A stretch of 64,000 bases of DNA from Candidatus Calditenuaceae archaeon HR02. Its GTDB lineage: Archaea > Thermoproteota > Nitrososphaeria_A > Caldarchaeales > Calditenuaceae. The DNA lies in assembly GCA_002898395.1 (NCBI GenBank), contig BEHE01000003.1:55519-119518 (forward strand). Reading direction: 5' to 3'. A program made the translations under genes and the position numbers. Below, one piece after another: positions 39,445 through 50,949 of the stretch; position 1 is the stretch's first letter; each line of letters starts with the position of its first letter. The notes beneath the pieces were generated by a model that searched no databases, was not told the origin of the DNA, and worked only from the letters and a program-made list of their open reading frames with translations.

Positions 39445-40523
39445 TGATGGCAAATCCGAAAATGTTTGGTTTAATCTTGACGTTCCTGCTGGTAGGGGGT
39501 GTTGTTGGATACGTCGGCGGCTGGTATGCTGCGGGGTCTTCAAATGCTGGCGTTCTGACAGTCACGGAAAAAATAACTGTGACCGCGGGAGGACAGACCC
39601 AGACAGGTGGCCAGCTGGTCGGTGAGATCGTCATCGATGGCTCAAGTACTGTCTATCCAATAACCGAGGCAGTTGCGGAAGCCTTCATGAAGATTCATCC
39701 TGAAGTGAAGATATCAGTCGGAATATCGGGGACCGGGGGCGGCTTTAAAAGATTCGTAGTGGGTGAGACAGACATCAACGACGCCTCTAGACCTATTCTG
39801 AAGAGCGAGGCTGAAGCAGCCCAGTCCAACGGAATCGAGTGGATCGAGATACCCGTCGCTATAGACGGCTTAGTGGTTGTGGTGAGTAGGCAGAACGACT
39901 GGGTGGACTGCCTAACGATCTCAGAGCTTAAGAAGATTTGGGAGCCGGGAAGCAAGGTATCAAAGTGGAGTGACATAAGACCTGGATGGCCCGATGCACC
40001 TATACTTCTCTACGGCCCGGGCCCCGACTCAGGCACATTCGACTACTTTACCGAGAGGATTGTTGGGAAGCTAAAGGCCAGTAGGACAGACTATGTTGCT
40101 TCCGAGGACGATAACGTCTTGGTAGCTGGCGTAGAGGGTGAGAAGAACGCGCTAGGATACTTCGGCTACGCATATTATCCCCCAGCGGCCAATAGGATTA
40201 GAGTCGTACCAATACGGGATGACGCCGTATCGGGTTCAGAATGTATCGTGCCTACGGACGCGACTGTAAGCTCGTTTGCATATCCTCTCTCGAGACCAAT
40301 ATTCATATATGTCAACAAGAAGGCGTGGAATGAGAAGCCGTGGCTGAGAGAGTTTGTGGTCTTCTACCTTGAGAATGGGGAGGGATTTGTGAAACAGGTG
40401 GGCTATACACCGTTTTTGTCGCAGTACTATAAAGCGGCTGCTGCACTCCTAAGAGCCGGTGTAACCGACGCGCTATACTCGCTCTCGATGGTCACTAATT
40501 GGAAGAATGCGGGGCCGCATTAG
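39445..40523 (+). CDS. pstS: Phosphate ABC substrate-binding protein
   Basis: DGSSTVYP, SGTGGG, SGTFDYF, YPLSRP; start inferred. Confidence 0.94.
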
Positions 40524-40548
40524 CTAATAACTATGAATAAGGTGGCGA

Positions 40549-41478
40549 TTGGCGATGGCGGTAACTGTCAGCATTAAAAGGTTAGAGAGATCAATTGAGA
40601 GGAGGAGGCGCGTAGACAGGATTTTTTATATTATCTTCCTATTATCTACACTAATTTCAACTGTCTCATTGATAGTTATCTTCACTACTCTTGGTTTCGA
40701 GTCTTTCAACTTTTTCACACATGTCTCAATAGTAGAGTTTCTGACAAGCACTAAGTGGACTGCCCTTTTCTCAGAGAAGCATTTTGGAGTTCTTCCGCTT
40801 CTCAACGCGACTATTCTTACCTCGCTGATAGCCATAGCCATTGCCGCCCCTCTAGGCGTGATGATAGCACTATTCTTAAGTGAGTATGCCTCATCGGATA
40901 CGCGGTCAGTGGTTAAGCCATTGGTTGAGACACTTGCAGGCATACCTACTGTCGTCTACGGCTATTTCGCCCTTTACTTCGTCACACCCAATCTGCTGAG
41001 GCCGTTATGGGAGGGCCTACAACTTCACAACGCTCTGGCAGTAGGACTGATGATCGGCATCTTGATAATCCCGATAGTGGCCTCCATTAGTGACGACGCG
41101 ATGGCCGCCGTGCCCTCAGACCTTAGATTAGCGGCATACGCTGTGGGTTCTAGGAAGTCTGATGTGGCTCTAAGAGTCGTATTACCTGCAGCCCTCTCGG
41201 GCGTGTCCGCATCGATAATACTAGCCTTCGCTAGGGCGATGGGTGAGACTATGATCGCCGCCATCGCAGGAGGGTTCAGGAGCATCTTAACCTTCAATAT
41301 AGGGGAGAGCATGGAGACAATGACGGCATACATCGCGCAGGTTGCAACCGGAGATGCTCCACACGGAACAATAGAATACCAGTCGCTCTTCGCGGTGGGA
41401 TTATTTCTGTTGTTGATCACAGCTTCTCTTAACTATATTGGCATCAAGGTGGTGAAGAGGTGGGCCATCAGGTATTGA
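40549..41478 (+). CDS. pstC: Phosphate ABC permease
   Basis: LAGIPTVVYG, ARAMGETM. Confidence 0.94.
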   Translation: MAMAVTVSIKRLERSIERRRRVDRIFYIIFLLSTLISTVSLIVIFTTLGFESFNFFTHVSIVEFLTSTKWTALFSEKHFGVLPLLNATILTSLIAIAIAAPLGVMIALFLSEYASSDTRSVVKPLVETLAGIPTVVYGYFALYFVTPNLLRPLWEGLQLHNALAVGLMIGILIIPIVASISDDAMAAVPSDLRLAAYAVGSRKSDVALRVVLPAALSGVSASIILAFARAMGETMIAAIAGGFRSILTFNIGESMETMTAYIAQVATGDAPHGTIEYQSLFAVGLFLLLITASLNYIGIKVVKRWAIRY

Positions 41479-42356
41479 CTGGCTTCGAGCGCCGTTATAT
41501 AAGGCTTAGAAAGACCATTGACCGCCTACTGCCGATAATCCTGAGCTTAGCAGTCTTCATTGCTGTTGCCACTGTCGCTTCCCTTCTCCTCATCGTGATA
41601 ATTACCGGCGGCCACAGGCTATCATGGAACCTGATCCTTAACTATCCGTCGGCCAACCCTGAGGAAGCCGGTATGAGGTCTGCCATTATGGGCAGCATAT
41701 TTACTGTGGGCTTGTCTGCGCTTATTTGCATCCCCCTCAGCATAGCCACCGCGATATATCTCGTCGAGTATTCGAAAGGAGGTAGGCTTTCCTCAATCCT
41801 CAGCTATAACATAGCAAATCTGGCGGGCGTCCCATCCATAATCTTTGGTGTTGTAGCACTGGGCTTCCTAGGATACTGGTTGGGGATGGGGCGGACAATA
41901 ATCACCGGCGCTTTCACACTTGCCATCCTAACTCTACCCCTAGTGACCGTGACTTGCGTCGAGGCATTGAAGGCTGTTCCTGACGACCTGCGGTTGGGTG
42001 CATACGCTCTGGGGGCGACGACCCTTCAAGTCGTTAGGCACATCTCCCTCCCCAGGGCTCTCCCCATGATGCTGACTGGTGGGATACTCGGCATAAGCAG
42101 GGCTCTTGGTGAGGCGGCTCCAATACTCGTTGTGAGCGGCCTCCTATTCATAAGGGAAGACCCGACCTCCCTCTTCAGCAAGTTCACAGTCATGCCGCTC
42201 CAGCTCTATAACTGGATAAGCAGGCCACAGCCAGCCTTCGTAGAGCTATCCTCCGCGGGGATCATCGTCTTGTTGCTGATACTTCTAGCGCTCAATGGTG
42301 TTGCCATCGCGTTGAGGCAGTATTTGATAAGGAGGATTGGGCAAACTTGGAGATAG
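41460..42356 (+). CDS. pstA: Phosphate ABC permease
   Basis: [19 protein letters not shown]. Confidence 0.94.
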   Translation: MGHQVLTGFERRYIRLRKTIDRLLPIILSLAVFIAVATVASLLLIVIITGGHRLSWNLILNYPSANPEEAGMRSAIMGSIFTVGLSALICIPLSIATAIYLVEYSKGGRLSSILSYNIANLAGVPSIIFGVVALGFLGYWLGMGRTIITGAFTLAILTLPLVTVTCVEALKAVPDDLRLGAYALGATTLQVVRHISLPRALPMMLTGGILGISRALGEAAPILVVSGLLFIREDPTSLFSKFTVMPLQLYNWISRPQPAFVELSSAGIIVLLLILLALNGVAIALRQYLIRRIGQTWR

Positions 42357-43195
42357 AGTCATATAATCAGTTACTCAAGAACTATGTGGAGCTGAGTAAG
42401 GAGGAAATGTCAGATATAACGGGGCCTGAGGTCGTGAAGGTGGAGAACCTCAAGGTTGTTTACGGAGATAAAACAGCCATTGATGGCGTCAATATATCGT
42501 TCAAACGTAACAACATAACAGCGATCATAGGGCCATCGGGCTGCGGCAAATCCACCCTCCTAAGGTCGATAAACCGGATGAACGACCTCATCCCAGGCGC
42601 TAAGGTAAGCGGCAAAGTATACTTCAACGGAGTAGACGTTTACTCTAGAGATGTTGACCCGGTCTTTATCCGCTCTAAAATTGGGATGGTCTTCCAGAGG
42701 CCGAACCCCTTCCCCTTCAGCATATTCGATAACGTAGCCTTTGGGCTGAGGGTTAACGGATTCAAGCTCTCGAAGTCCGAGCTTTATGAGAAGGTGAAGG
42801 ATGCACTGGTTAAGGCGGCTCTCTGGGATGAGGTGAAAGATAGGCTAAACAAGCACGCGTATAGCCTATCGGGTGGACAGCAGCAGAGACTCTGTATAGC
42901 GCGTGCACTGGCCGTAGACCCTGAGGTATTGCTGCTTGACGAGCCCACCGTCTCGCTCGATCCCATATCCACAGCGCGGATAGAATCTCTACTTCGCTCA
43001 ATAAAGGACGAGTACACGATAATAATAGTCACACACAATATGCTTCAGGCTGCGCGTGTCTCAGACTACACGGCCGTCATGATGCCTGATGAAAATATGG
43101 TTGGCCGGATAATAGAGTTCGGGGAAACTCGGCAGATATTCACAAACCCGAGGGATAAGAGAACTGAGGACTACATCAGCGGGCGCATAGGGTGA
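42347..43195 (+). CDS. pstB: Phosphate ABC ATP-binding protein
   Basis: [28 protein letters not shown]. Confidence 0.96.
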   Translation: MEIESYNQLLKNYVELSKEEMSDITGPEVVKVENLKVVYGDKTAIDGVNISFKRNNITAIIGPSGCGKSTLLRSINRMNDLIPGAKVSGKVYFNGVDVYSRDVDPVFIRSKIGMVFQRPNPFPFSIFDNVAFGLRVNGFKLSKSELYEKVKDALVKAALWDEVKDRLNKHAYSLSGGQQQRLCIARALAVDPEVLLLDEPTVSLDPISTARIESLLRSIKDEYTIIIVTHNMLQAARVSDYTAVMMPDENMVGRIIEFGETRQIFTNPRDKRTEDYISGRIG

Positions 43196-43839
43196 GAGAG
43201 GGTTTGAGCAGGATACTCGATATGGGGCTTCAGCTACTAACCCAGCGCCTAGAGGAGATGTTCAACATAGGCATAAACTCATTCTACAGAAGTATCGACG
43301 GGCTACTACAGTACAGAGACGTCGAGAACGAGGTCTTTGAATCTGCGAGAAAGCTGAGGGACCTGCACGAAGAGATTAGTGAAATTGCTACAGAGCTTAT
43401 AGCCAGGTATCAGCCAGTTGCCAAAGATCTAAGATACATTCGCTCTTGCTACAATATCTCGTATGACATTCTGAGGATGGGGAGATATGCCCTAGAGATC
43501 ACGAGGAGTAGCCGGATGCTAGGCTCTCTCCTCGAATGCGACCTCACACCAATCTCAGAGGCTAGCGAGGTTATAGGTCAGATGCTAAGGAACTCCCTCC
43601 AAGCGCTTCAGGAGCTGAATGTTGAGATGGCTAGGAAGGTCAGGGAGATGGATGAGAAGATAGATGAGATCTACCGGGAAAGGATTAGGGCGATAACGCT
43701 CGAGAGAAACGGCTCGCGGGAGTGTGACGTGGCTATTGTCCTTACTCTCAGGAACCTCGAGAGGATTGCAGACCATGCTACCTATATTTGTGACGCCGTC
43801 GAGTATATCGTCACAGGGACCTTGAGGCACCGTGAATAA
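43192..43839 (+). CDS. phoU: Phosphate signalling protein PhoU
   Basis: [19 protein letters not shown]. Confidence 0.92.
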   Translation: MREGLSRILDMGLQLLTQRLEEMFNIGINSFYRSIDGLLQYRDVENEVFESARKLRDLHEEISEIATELIARYQPVAKDLRYIRSCYNISYDILRMGRYALEITRSSRMLGSLLECDLTPISEASEVIGQMLRNSLQALQELNVEMARKVREMDEKIDEIYRERIRAITLERNGSRECDVAIVLTLRNLERIADHATYICDAVEYIVTGTLRHRE

Positions 43840-43846
43840 CCCTGCT

Positions 43847-44794
43847 TTACGAGAGCTTGGCTAGGAGTATGGAGGCGACCGCTGCGTCCTGAGCGGCTGT
43901 ACCCACCGTCTTAAAGATAGTGACTTCGCTCTTATCGACACGTCCAGCCTTCCTCCCAGCTATTATCTCCCCAATCTCAGCATACACATCCTCCCACCTC
44001 ATTAAGCCCGACTTAACCGCCTGAATTATCTCCCCAGCCTCCTCCTTGGCCGCGTTTAGAAAGTCAACAACAACCTTGCTGGACGCTAGTAGCCGCGGGT
44101 CTATCTCAGCCATTTCCGGGGTGTAGGCTCCTATAGCCGAGATATGGGTTCCAGGTCTCACCCACTCCTTCAAGACTACTGGCGTCTTGCTAGTTGTGGC
44201 AGTTATAACGACATCGCAGGACCTGACCAGAGTCTCTGCAGAGCCACATACCTCCACCTCTCCCCCGATCTTCTCCCGCATCTCTTCGGCGAATCTCTCA
44301 GCCCTGTCTCTATATATGTCGAAGGCATAGACTTTATCCGGTCTCATGACCCGTTGGGTTATAGATAGCTGCCAGCGGGCTTGGTATCCGCAACCTATAA
44401 TTCCTAGGCTTGAGGCGTCGCTCCTGGCTAAGTGCTTCACGGAGAGGGCTGTGGCCGCCGCAGTCCTTAGGCCCGTGAGCGCTCTCGCCTCAGCAACCAG
44501 CTTGGGGATACCGTCCGCAGGGTCAACTGCCACGACAACTGCGTTGGTGGTCGGCAACCCCTTCTCCAAATTCCGCGGAAAGACGGAGACAACCTTGAGA
44601 GAGAATACCCTTAGGCTTGGAGCAAGACACGGCATCAAAAGTATGTCCCCAACACCTTGAACATTTATCCGGCTACGGGGTGGCATAACGACCTCTCCAA
44701 GGCTGAGGGCCTTAAACGCCTCGGCAACTGCGCTCAGTAGCTCCTCCACCGATACAAGAGTCTCAACCTCGCCATCGCTGAGGGTTGCGACCAT
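43847..44794 (-). CDS. Ornithine cyclodeaminase/mu-crystallin (alanine dehydrogenase-like)
   Basis: MP..KVVSVFPRN, LTGLRTAA, IGCGYQA, FKTVGTA.QD. Confidence 0.9.
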   Translation of the reverse strand: MVATLSDGEVETLVSVEELLSAVAEAFKALSLGEVVMPPRSRINVQGVGDILLMPCLAPSLRVFSLKVVSVFPRNLEKGLPTTNAVVVAVDPADGIPKLVAEARALTGLRTAAATALSVKHLARSDASSLGIIGCGYQARWQLSITQRVMRPDKVYAFDIYRDRAERFAEEMREKIGGEVEVCGSAETLVRSCDVVITATTSKTPVVLKEWVRPGTHISAIGAYTPEMAEIDPRLLASSKVVVDFLNAAKEEAGEIIQAVKSGLMRWEDVYAEIGEIIAGRKAGRVDKSEVTIFKTVGTAAQDAAVASILLAKLS

Positions 44795-44922
44795 GCCCGT
44801 CCAGCAGCGAATATCCGGCTAGCTATATAGAGTTTAAGGGCCACCACCAAGCATAAAGCTGATAATCGCTAAAGCCTGCCCGTCATGCGAGAAACCTTAA
44901 AAGTGGAGACCAATGAAGTATA

Positions 44923-45186
44923 GTGGAAACCTTGTCCACGGATATATCGCTGAAGATGCTGGCACGATCGTTGGGTGGCACGGTGCTGGTTAAGCTGAGG
45001 AATGGCCGAGCAATACGCGGACAGTTGAAGGGGTATGACCAGCACATGAACCTCGTCCTCGAGGGCGCAGAGGAGATTAGGGGGGAAAACAACTCTGTCA
45101 AGCTGGGGCTCATTGTCGTGAGGGGTGACAACATAGTAATGATCTCGCCTTCCCAGATTAAGCAGGAGGAGGCTGGTGGAGCGTGA
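44923..45186 (+). CDS. Sm-like (Lsm) protein
   Basis: GQLKGYDQHMNLVL, VVRGDN. Confidence 0.95.
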   Translation: METLSTDISLKMLARSLGGTVLVKLRNGRAIRGQLKGYDQHMNLVLEGAEEIRGENNSVKLGLIVVRGDNIVMISPSQIKQEEAGGA

Positions 45187-45356
45187 AGGGAACACCCTCG
45201 ATGGGAAAGTTTAAGACACCGACGCACGGTCGCTGTAGGAGGTGTGGTAGACGCTCCTTTAACTACAGGCGTGGACGCTGTGGGCACTGTGGGTTTGGAG
45301 CCACGAAGAAGTGGCGGAGTTATAGGTGGCTGAAGAGCTTGAAGGAGCGTCTTTGA
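45183..45356 (+). CDS. rpl37e: 50S ribosomal protein eL37 (57 aa, not in ORF track)
   Basis: MKGTPSMGK...THGRCRRCGRRSF...CGHCGFG; GTGA overlap with the Sm gene. Confidence 0.95.
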   Translation: MKGTPSMGKFKTPTHGRCRRCGRRSFNYRRGRCGHCGFGATKKWRSYRWLKSLKERL

Positions 45357-45364
45357 GATAAGAG

Positions 45365-48139
45365 CTAAGCTGCAGCCTTCTCGCCGAGAATCTTCCTGAC
45401 AACGTAGGGGAGGATTCCTCCATGCCTATAGTATTCTATCTCTATTGGCGTGTCAAGCCTCAATATTGTTTCGAATGTGATGGATGTGCCGTCCTCCTGT
45501 CTCGCTGTTACTTTAACGCGTTTCCGCGGCTGTAGCTGTCCTATCTCAATGTCATAGACCTCTGAGCCTTTGAGGCCGAGGTTCCTCCAGCCTTCCCCCT
45601 CCAAGAATTGGAGAGGCAGCACCCCCATGCCCACCAGATTACTCCTGTGAATCCTCTCGAAACTCTCAGCTATCACCGCTCTAACGCCGAGGAGGCTAAC
45701 GCCTTTTGCAGCCCAGTCCCTAGAGCTCCCAGCACCATATTGCTTCCCGGCAATAATTATCAGTGGCACCCCCTCCTCCTTATATCTCATAGCCGCGTCG
45801 TAGACGGTCATCTTAGCACCTTCGGGGAAGTGTATCGTCCACCACCCCTCACCATCATGGAGTAGATAGTTTCTCAGACGGTGGTTTGCGAGGGTCCCTC
45901 GAATCATTACCTCGTGGTTGCCCCGCCTCGAGCCGTAGGTGTTGAATTCTGCGGGGTCTACTCCGAGGCTCTTGAGGTAGAGACCAGCAGGGCTGTTTGG
46001 CGGTATAGCCCCGGCCGGGGAGATGTGGTCTGTCGTTACACGGTCTCCAAGGAGAACTAGGACGCGCGCCCCCCTTATGTCGCCAGGTGGGCTGGGCTCC
46101 CTCTGGAAGCCCTCGAAGTATGGGGGCTTCCTAATGTACGTTGAGTTGGGGTCCCAGCTGTAGATAGGGGTCCTCGGCGCCTTCAGCTCCTCCCACTCAC
46201 CCACGCCTCTAAATATCTCGGCATACCTTTTCCTAAACATCTCCGTTCTGATGCTCGACTCCATTATTCTTCTAATCTCCTGCCTGTCCGGCCAAATGTC
46301 TCTGAGGTAGACTGGCTTGCCGTCGCTGCCCACTCCCAGCGGCTCGGAGTGGAAGTCAACATCTATTCGGCCGGCGAGCGCATATGCCACCACCAGTATA
46401 GGCGAGGCCAGGAAGCTTGCCTTGACCAAGGGGTGTATCCTCCCCTCAAAATTCCTGTTACCACTCAGCACCGCCACGGTGAAAAGGTCTCTCTTCTTTA
46501 TCTCCGCCTCAACCTCGGGGAGGAGTGGTCCACTGTTTCCAATACATGTGGTGCAGCCATAGCCAACAACCTCAAACCCGAGCTCAGACAGGTAGGACAG
46601 GAGGCCTGCCGCCTCAAGATAGTCAGTAACAACGGCTGAGCCGGGTGCGAGGCTCGTCTTGACATAAGGCTTCCGCATCAACCCCTTCTGGACAGCGTTT
46701 CTGGCGAGGAGGCCTGCGCCAATCATGACCTCGGGATTAGAGGTGTTCGTGCAGCTGGTTATCGCGGCTATTACTACTGCTCCATCCAGGATCTCTGTCT
46801 CCTGACCACCAATCCTAACTCTCCCAGCAGTCCCGCCAGTGGCTAACTGGACACCGCTCGCTCCTCCCTCACTGTGCCAGTCCCCTAGTCGATTCTCAGA
46901 AGCACCTACAACCGGTTTGGCCCGCCTCAAGATATCAAGTATAACCTTCCTAGCCTCCTTAAGTCTAATCCTGTCCTCGGGGTTTGCGGGACCAGCTATG
47001 GAGGGCTCAATATCGTCCAAATTAATCTCTACTACCTCACTGTACCTCGCCCCCCTCTCATAGTCTGCTGTGAAGAGGCCTTGAAGCTCTGTGTAGGTTC
47101 TGACCATCTTAATGTGTACCTCATCCCTCCCCGTCATCCTGAGGTAGCTGAGAGTCTGCTCGTCTATGGGAAAGAGGCCGACCGTTGCGCCGTATTCTGG
47201 AGCCATGTTGGAGACAGTGGCCCTGTCTGGGACGCTCAGCTTAGCCACGCCGGGGCCGAAAAACTCTACAAATTTTCCTACAACTCCTTTCCGCCTAAGC
47301 GTCTCCGTCACAGTCAACACAAGGTCCGTCGCCGTCGCGGGGGGCTGCAGCTCACCGACCAGCCGGACCCCAACCACCTCCGGGACGCTCATGTAGTAGG
47401 GCTGGCCTAGCATAACAGCCTCGGCTTCAATCCCGCCAACCCCCCAGCCCAAAACCCCGAGACCATTAACCATGGGTGTGTGCGAGTCTGTCCCTAGGAG
47501 GGTGTCGGGATACATCGCCAGCCCGTCCGCCTCATTTCTAACCTCCACCACCTTAGCCAGACTCTCTAGGTTCACTTGGTGGACAATTCCACGCCCAGGA
47601 GGGACTACATAGAAGTTCCTGAAAGCGTTTTGAGCCCACTTCAAAAGCACATACCTCTCCCTATTCCTCTCGAACTCTAGTGTCAGGTTCCTCCAGTAAG
47701 CGTCCTTTACCCCGAAGTAGTCGACTTGGATGGAGTGGTCGACGACAAGGTGGGTTGGGATGGTGGGATTGACCCGTGAGGCGTCTCCGCCTAGGCTGTG
47801 AACCACCTCCCGCATCGCGGCAAGGTCAACGATTAAGGGGACCCCGGTGAAATCCTGCAACAGGACTCTGGAGGGCATAAACGGTATCTCAGTGTCGCTC
47901 CCCACCCTTCCTTCGCCGACAGCTTTCACATCTTCGAGCGACGCAATACCCGCACCTGCACTCCTAGCCACATTCTCGAGAAGAATCTTCAGGCTCAGCG
48001 GCATAGAGTCCAGATTCCTCGCAAGGCCAATCTCCTCGAGTGCGGAAAGACTGTAATAGTATGCTCCACCCACTGGTGTGGATATCTTCCTCCTAACTCC
48101 TCTGATCTCAGACCTCAAATCCATATATCTGTCGTGCAT
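45365..48139 (-). CDS. acnA: Aconitate hydratase A
   Basis: QDFTG, DSHT, AITSCTN, GCTTCIGNSG, GSSRDWAAKG. Confidence 0.97.
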   Translation of the reverse strand: MHDRYMDLRSEIRGVRRKISTPVGGAYYYSLSALEEIGLARNLDSMPLSLKILLENVARSAGAGIASLEDVKAVGEGRVGSDTEIPFMPSRVLLQDFTGVPLIVDLAAMREVVHSLGGDASRVNPTIPTHLVVDHSIQVDYFGVKDAYWRNLTLEFERNRERYVLLKWAQNAFRNFYVVPPGRGIVHQVNLESLAKVVEVRNEADGLAMYPDTLLGTDSHTPMVNGLGVLGWGVGGIEAEAVMLGQPYYMSVPEVVGVRLVGELQPPATATDLVLTVTETLRRKGVVGKFVEFFGPGVAKLSVPDRATVSNMAPEYGATVGLFPIDEQTLSYLRMTGRDEVHIKMVRTYTELQGLFTADYERGARYSEVVEINLDDIEPSIAGPANPEDRIRLKEARKVILDILRRAKPVVGASENRLGDWHSEGGASGVQLATGGTAGRVRIGGQETEILDGAVVIAAITSCTNTSNPEVMIGAGLLARNAVQKGLMRKPYVKTSLAPGSAVVTDYLEAAGLLSYLSELGFEVVGYGCTTCIGNSGPLLPEVEAEIKKRDLFTVAVLSGNRNFEGRIHPLVKASFLASPILVVAYALAGRIDVDFHSEPLGVGSDGKPVYLRDIWPDRQEIRRIMESSIRTEMFRKRYAEIFRGVGEWEELKAPRTPIYSWDPNSTYIRKPPYFEGFQREPSPPGDIRGARVLVLLGDRVTTDHISPAGAIPPNSPAGLYLKSLGVDPAEFNTYGSRRGNHEVMIRGTLANHRLRNYLLHDGEGWWTIHFPEGAKMTVYDAAMRYKEEGVPLIIIAGKQYGAGSSRDWAAKGVSLLGVRAVIAESFERIHRSNLVGMGVLPLQFLEGEGWRNLGLKGSEVYDIEIGQLQPRKRVKVTARQEDGTSITFETILRLDTPIEIEYYRHGGILPYVVRKILGEKAAA

Positions 48140-48185
48140 AGACAGTTACTGGCTGAGTTTTTAACCTTGATTTTTAAACAACAGT

Positions 48186-48707
48186 CTACATGCGCGCCAC
48201 ATGTACCATGTGGGGGAGCTCCGGCCCTATCAGCTTGAGCGCCGTCTCCACCGCGTCGGGGGAGCCTGGCAAGACCAATATAATAGAACCTGAGATAACG
48301 CCGGCGATGCATCTCGAGAGCGCGGCGTGAAATCCTATCCTCTTATAACTCTCAACCCTGAAGATCTCTCCCACACCCTCGATCTCCTTCTCGAGGAGGG
48401 GCCGCACAGCCTCTATGCTAACGTCCCGCCTCGATATTCCTGTTCCACCTATCACGGCCACTACATCGTAGCCTTCCGCCAATGCTTTGGAGAGCTTAGC
48501 CCTTATGCCTATAATCTCGTCGCCAACTAGCCCAAGGTGCTTGACCTCGTGGCCCAGCTCCTCCAGCATCCTTCGCGCAACGGCTGATGAGTCGTCCACG
48601 TATGGCTCCCCCCTCAACATTGCCTGATAGCGAGAAGTGCTAGACCTTATGATTGCTATTCTTAGCTTCTTCGGTGCCGCTGACCTGTGCGACTCCGCGG
48701 CAGACAT
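48186..48707 (-). CDS. MoaB/Mog molybdopterin biosynthesis protein
   Basis: GGTGISRRD, SR, LPGSP. Confidence 0.88.
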   Translation of the reverse strand: MSAAESHRSAAPKKLRIAIIRSSTSRYQAMLRGEPYVDDSSAVARRMLEELGHEVKHLGLVGDEIIGIRAKLSKALAEGYDVVAVIGGTGISRRDVSIEAVRPLLEKEIEGVGEIFRVESYKRIGFHAALSRCIAGVISGSIILVLPGSPDAVETALKLIGPELPHMVHVARM

Positions 48708-48825
48708 CGATGTATTGTATCGATAGCTAGTATTAAGACTAGTGGGGCTCTGCAGAGCACAAGTATTGATCGAATGCTAGATAATGGTTTATATCCTGCC
48801 TGAGTGGATTCTGGTCAGGTGATCT

Positions 48826-50052
48826 GTGCTATCCGGCGTACAAGTGTTTCTAAGATGTAGGGAGTGCGGAAAACCCTTCGGACACGTACTGGCACACGTA
48901 TGCGATGAGTGTTTTGGAGCCCTGGAAGCAGCGTACAGCCCAGATCGGTACTCAGTGAGTAGGACTATGATAGAGGCGAGGCCACCATCTATGTGGAGGT
49001 ACTGGGAGTTTCTCCCCCTACTCGACGCATCCAAGAAGGTTGACATAGGTGCAGGTTACACCCCCTTGCTGAGGGCGGAGCGCCTCGCGAAGAAACTGGG
49101 CGTAACAAGGCTCTACATAAAGAATGATACCGTCAACCCCACATTCAGTTTTAAGGACAGGCCCTCTAGCCTGGCAGTCTCAAAGGCTAGGGAGTTCGGT
49201 CTGGGCTCTGTGGGATGCGCATCCACCGGCAATCTAGCGGGTGCGACGGCCGCCCACGCAGCATCTGCAGGAATTCCCTGCTACGTCTTCATGCCCAACA
49301 GTGTTGAGAGGACAAAAATTAAGCAGGCCGCACTCTATGGAGCGGAAATACTACTAGTCCAGGGGACCTATGACGACGCCAACAGACTGGCAGCACTCGC
49401 AGCCGATAGGCTCGGGATAGGAATCGTCAACGTGAATCTGAGGCCGTATTACGTAGAGGGGTCGAAGACAATGGGCTTGGAGATCGCTGAGCAACTGGGC
49501 TGGCGGGCGCCTGACAGAATAATTGTGCCGACGGCTAGTGGAGCTCTACTATCAGCGATATTCAAGGGCATCAATGAGGCAGAGCAAGCAGGTCTAATAC
49601 GTGATAGCAATGTTGCCATGACCTGTGCGCAGCCGCTTGGATGCTCGCCAATAGTAAAAGCCTTCAGGGAGAGGACCGACCGTATAGAGCCTGTAAGACA
49701 CCCCGACACCGTCGTGCAGAGCTTGGCCATCGGCGACCCAGGAGACGGCTACCAGGCCCTAAAAATCTTGAAGGAGAGCGGGGGGACAGCGGTCGCCCTG
49801 ACTGATGACGAGTGCTTAGAGGCGGTCGAGTTACTGGCATCAACTGAAGGCATCTTCGCAGAGCCCGGCGGCGCCATATCAGTGGCAGCCCTCAAGAAAT
49901 TGGTGGAGCTGGGGGAGGTTGGGAGAGACGAGGAGGTTGTCTGCTGCGTCACAGGCACGGGGTTAAAGACAGTAGAACTCCAGCCAGAGCCCAACCGCGT
50001 AAAAACTATACCACCTACACTCGAAGGTGTAAGAAAGGCTCTAAACCTATAA
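48826..50052 (+). CDS. thrC: Threonine synthase-like PLP enzyme
   Basis: N-terminal Zn ribbon, NPTFSFKDR, ASTGN, EGSKT, TGTGLK. Confidence 0.85.
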   Translation: MLSGVQVFLRCRECGKPFGHVLAHVCDECFGALEAAYSPDRYSVSRTMIEARPPSMWRYWEFLPLLDASKKVDIGAGYTPLLRAERLAKKLGVTRLYIKNDTVNPTFSFKDRPSSLAVSKAREFGLGSVGCASTGNLAGATAAHAASAGIPCYVFMPNSVERTKIKQAALYGAEILLVQGTYDDANRLAALAADRLGIGIVNVNLRPYYVEGSKTMGLEIAEQLGWRAPDRIIVPTASGALLSAIFKGINEAEQAGLIRDSNVAMTCAQPLGCSPIVKAFRERTDRIEPVRHPDTVVQSLAIGDPGDGYQALKILKESGGTAVALTDDECLEAVELLASTEGIFAEPGGAISVAALKKLVELGEVGRDEEVVCCVTGTGLKTVELQPEPNRVKTIPPTLEGVRKALNL

Positions 50053-50262
50053 TCAGGAAAAACATATTGGTGTATAGTTTCTTCACCTTCTGGTCTTTCT
50101 GTGTATTATTTTTATGCTGGATTTAGGTACGAGGCCGAGATATATGAGGAGTCTATGAGGCTATCTTTTAACCTATATGCAGTAGGGGTGGCTGAGGCTG
50201 TCCCGGAGAGTTCTGACCCAAATGAGCATTTATATCATCCCCTCCACATGAATCCCTTAAAG

Positions 50263-50544
50263 ATGTCCCCGAAAGTTCGGGTAACAGTAACTGCCGTCCT
50301 TGCAAACTATCTCGGGGGACAGAGGGATTTCATAGTTGAGGCCGACTCTGTGAGGGCCGTGATAGAGGAGCTGGCTAAGAAGTATGGCTCAGAGATTAGG
50401 AGGAGGCTGTTTGATGAGGAAGGACGGCTAAGGAGGTACATCAACATCTACGTAAATGATAGGGGTCTGAGCCACCAGGAGCTAGACATGAGGCTTCAGG
50501 ATGGTGATGAGGTCTTAATTCTTCCAGCAGTGAGCGGTGGATAG
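50263..50544 (+). CDS. MoaD/ThiS/SAMP ubiquitin-like sulfur carrier
   Basis: Ends ILPAVSGG; start inferred from TTTATAT at about 50229. Confidence 0.9.
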   Translation: MSPKVRVTVTAVLANYLGGQRDFIVEADSVRAVIEELAKKYGSEIRRRLFDEEGRLRRYINIYVNDRGLSHQELDMRLQDGDEVLILPAVSGG

Positions 50545-50562
50545 GATCTGAGACCCCAGGCA

Positions 50563-50949
50563 GTGCTTCCCACACTCCTCGCAGTTGGCCTGTTGGTCCA
50601 GATTGTGATGGGTGAATCCGGGCTTGCTGCGAGGGTCCTAAGAGAGATACATGCGGCCATCGGTTTGGCAGGGCTGGTTTTGACCGCCTACGCGCTCTGG
50701 GCGTCGCGGGGTAGAAGAGCATCCCTCTCATATCTTGCGGTTCTTCTCATACTCGTACTGGTTCAAGCGATACTTGGGCTAATACTCTTCGGCCTATTTA
50801 GGGTCGATTTAGGGCTTTTCGAGCTTGTAGAAACAATTCATAGGTATAATGCATACTTGATGCTGGTGGTTGGGCTGGTGGGCGGAATTGTTGTTGCAAT
50901 GGTTAGGAGAAGAGCAGGTTCAGCTGATGCTGTCGCGAAGGGCGGATAG
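50563..50949 (+). CDS. Small four-TM membrane protein
   Basis: Hydrophobic helices containing two His. Confidence 0.6.
   Translation: MLPTLLAVGLLVQIVMGESGLAARVLREIHAAIGLAGLVLTAYALWASRGRRASLSYLAVLLILVLVQAILGLILFGLFRVDLGLFELVETIHRYNAYLMLVVGLVGGIVVAMVRRRAGSADAVAKGG

Noticed and set aside
50101-50262. N-terminal extension of the MoaD-like protein
   Set aside because: A TATA box at about 50229 points to a later start, and the extension has no recognisable motif
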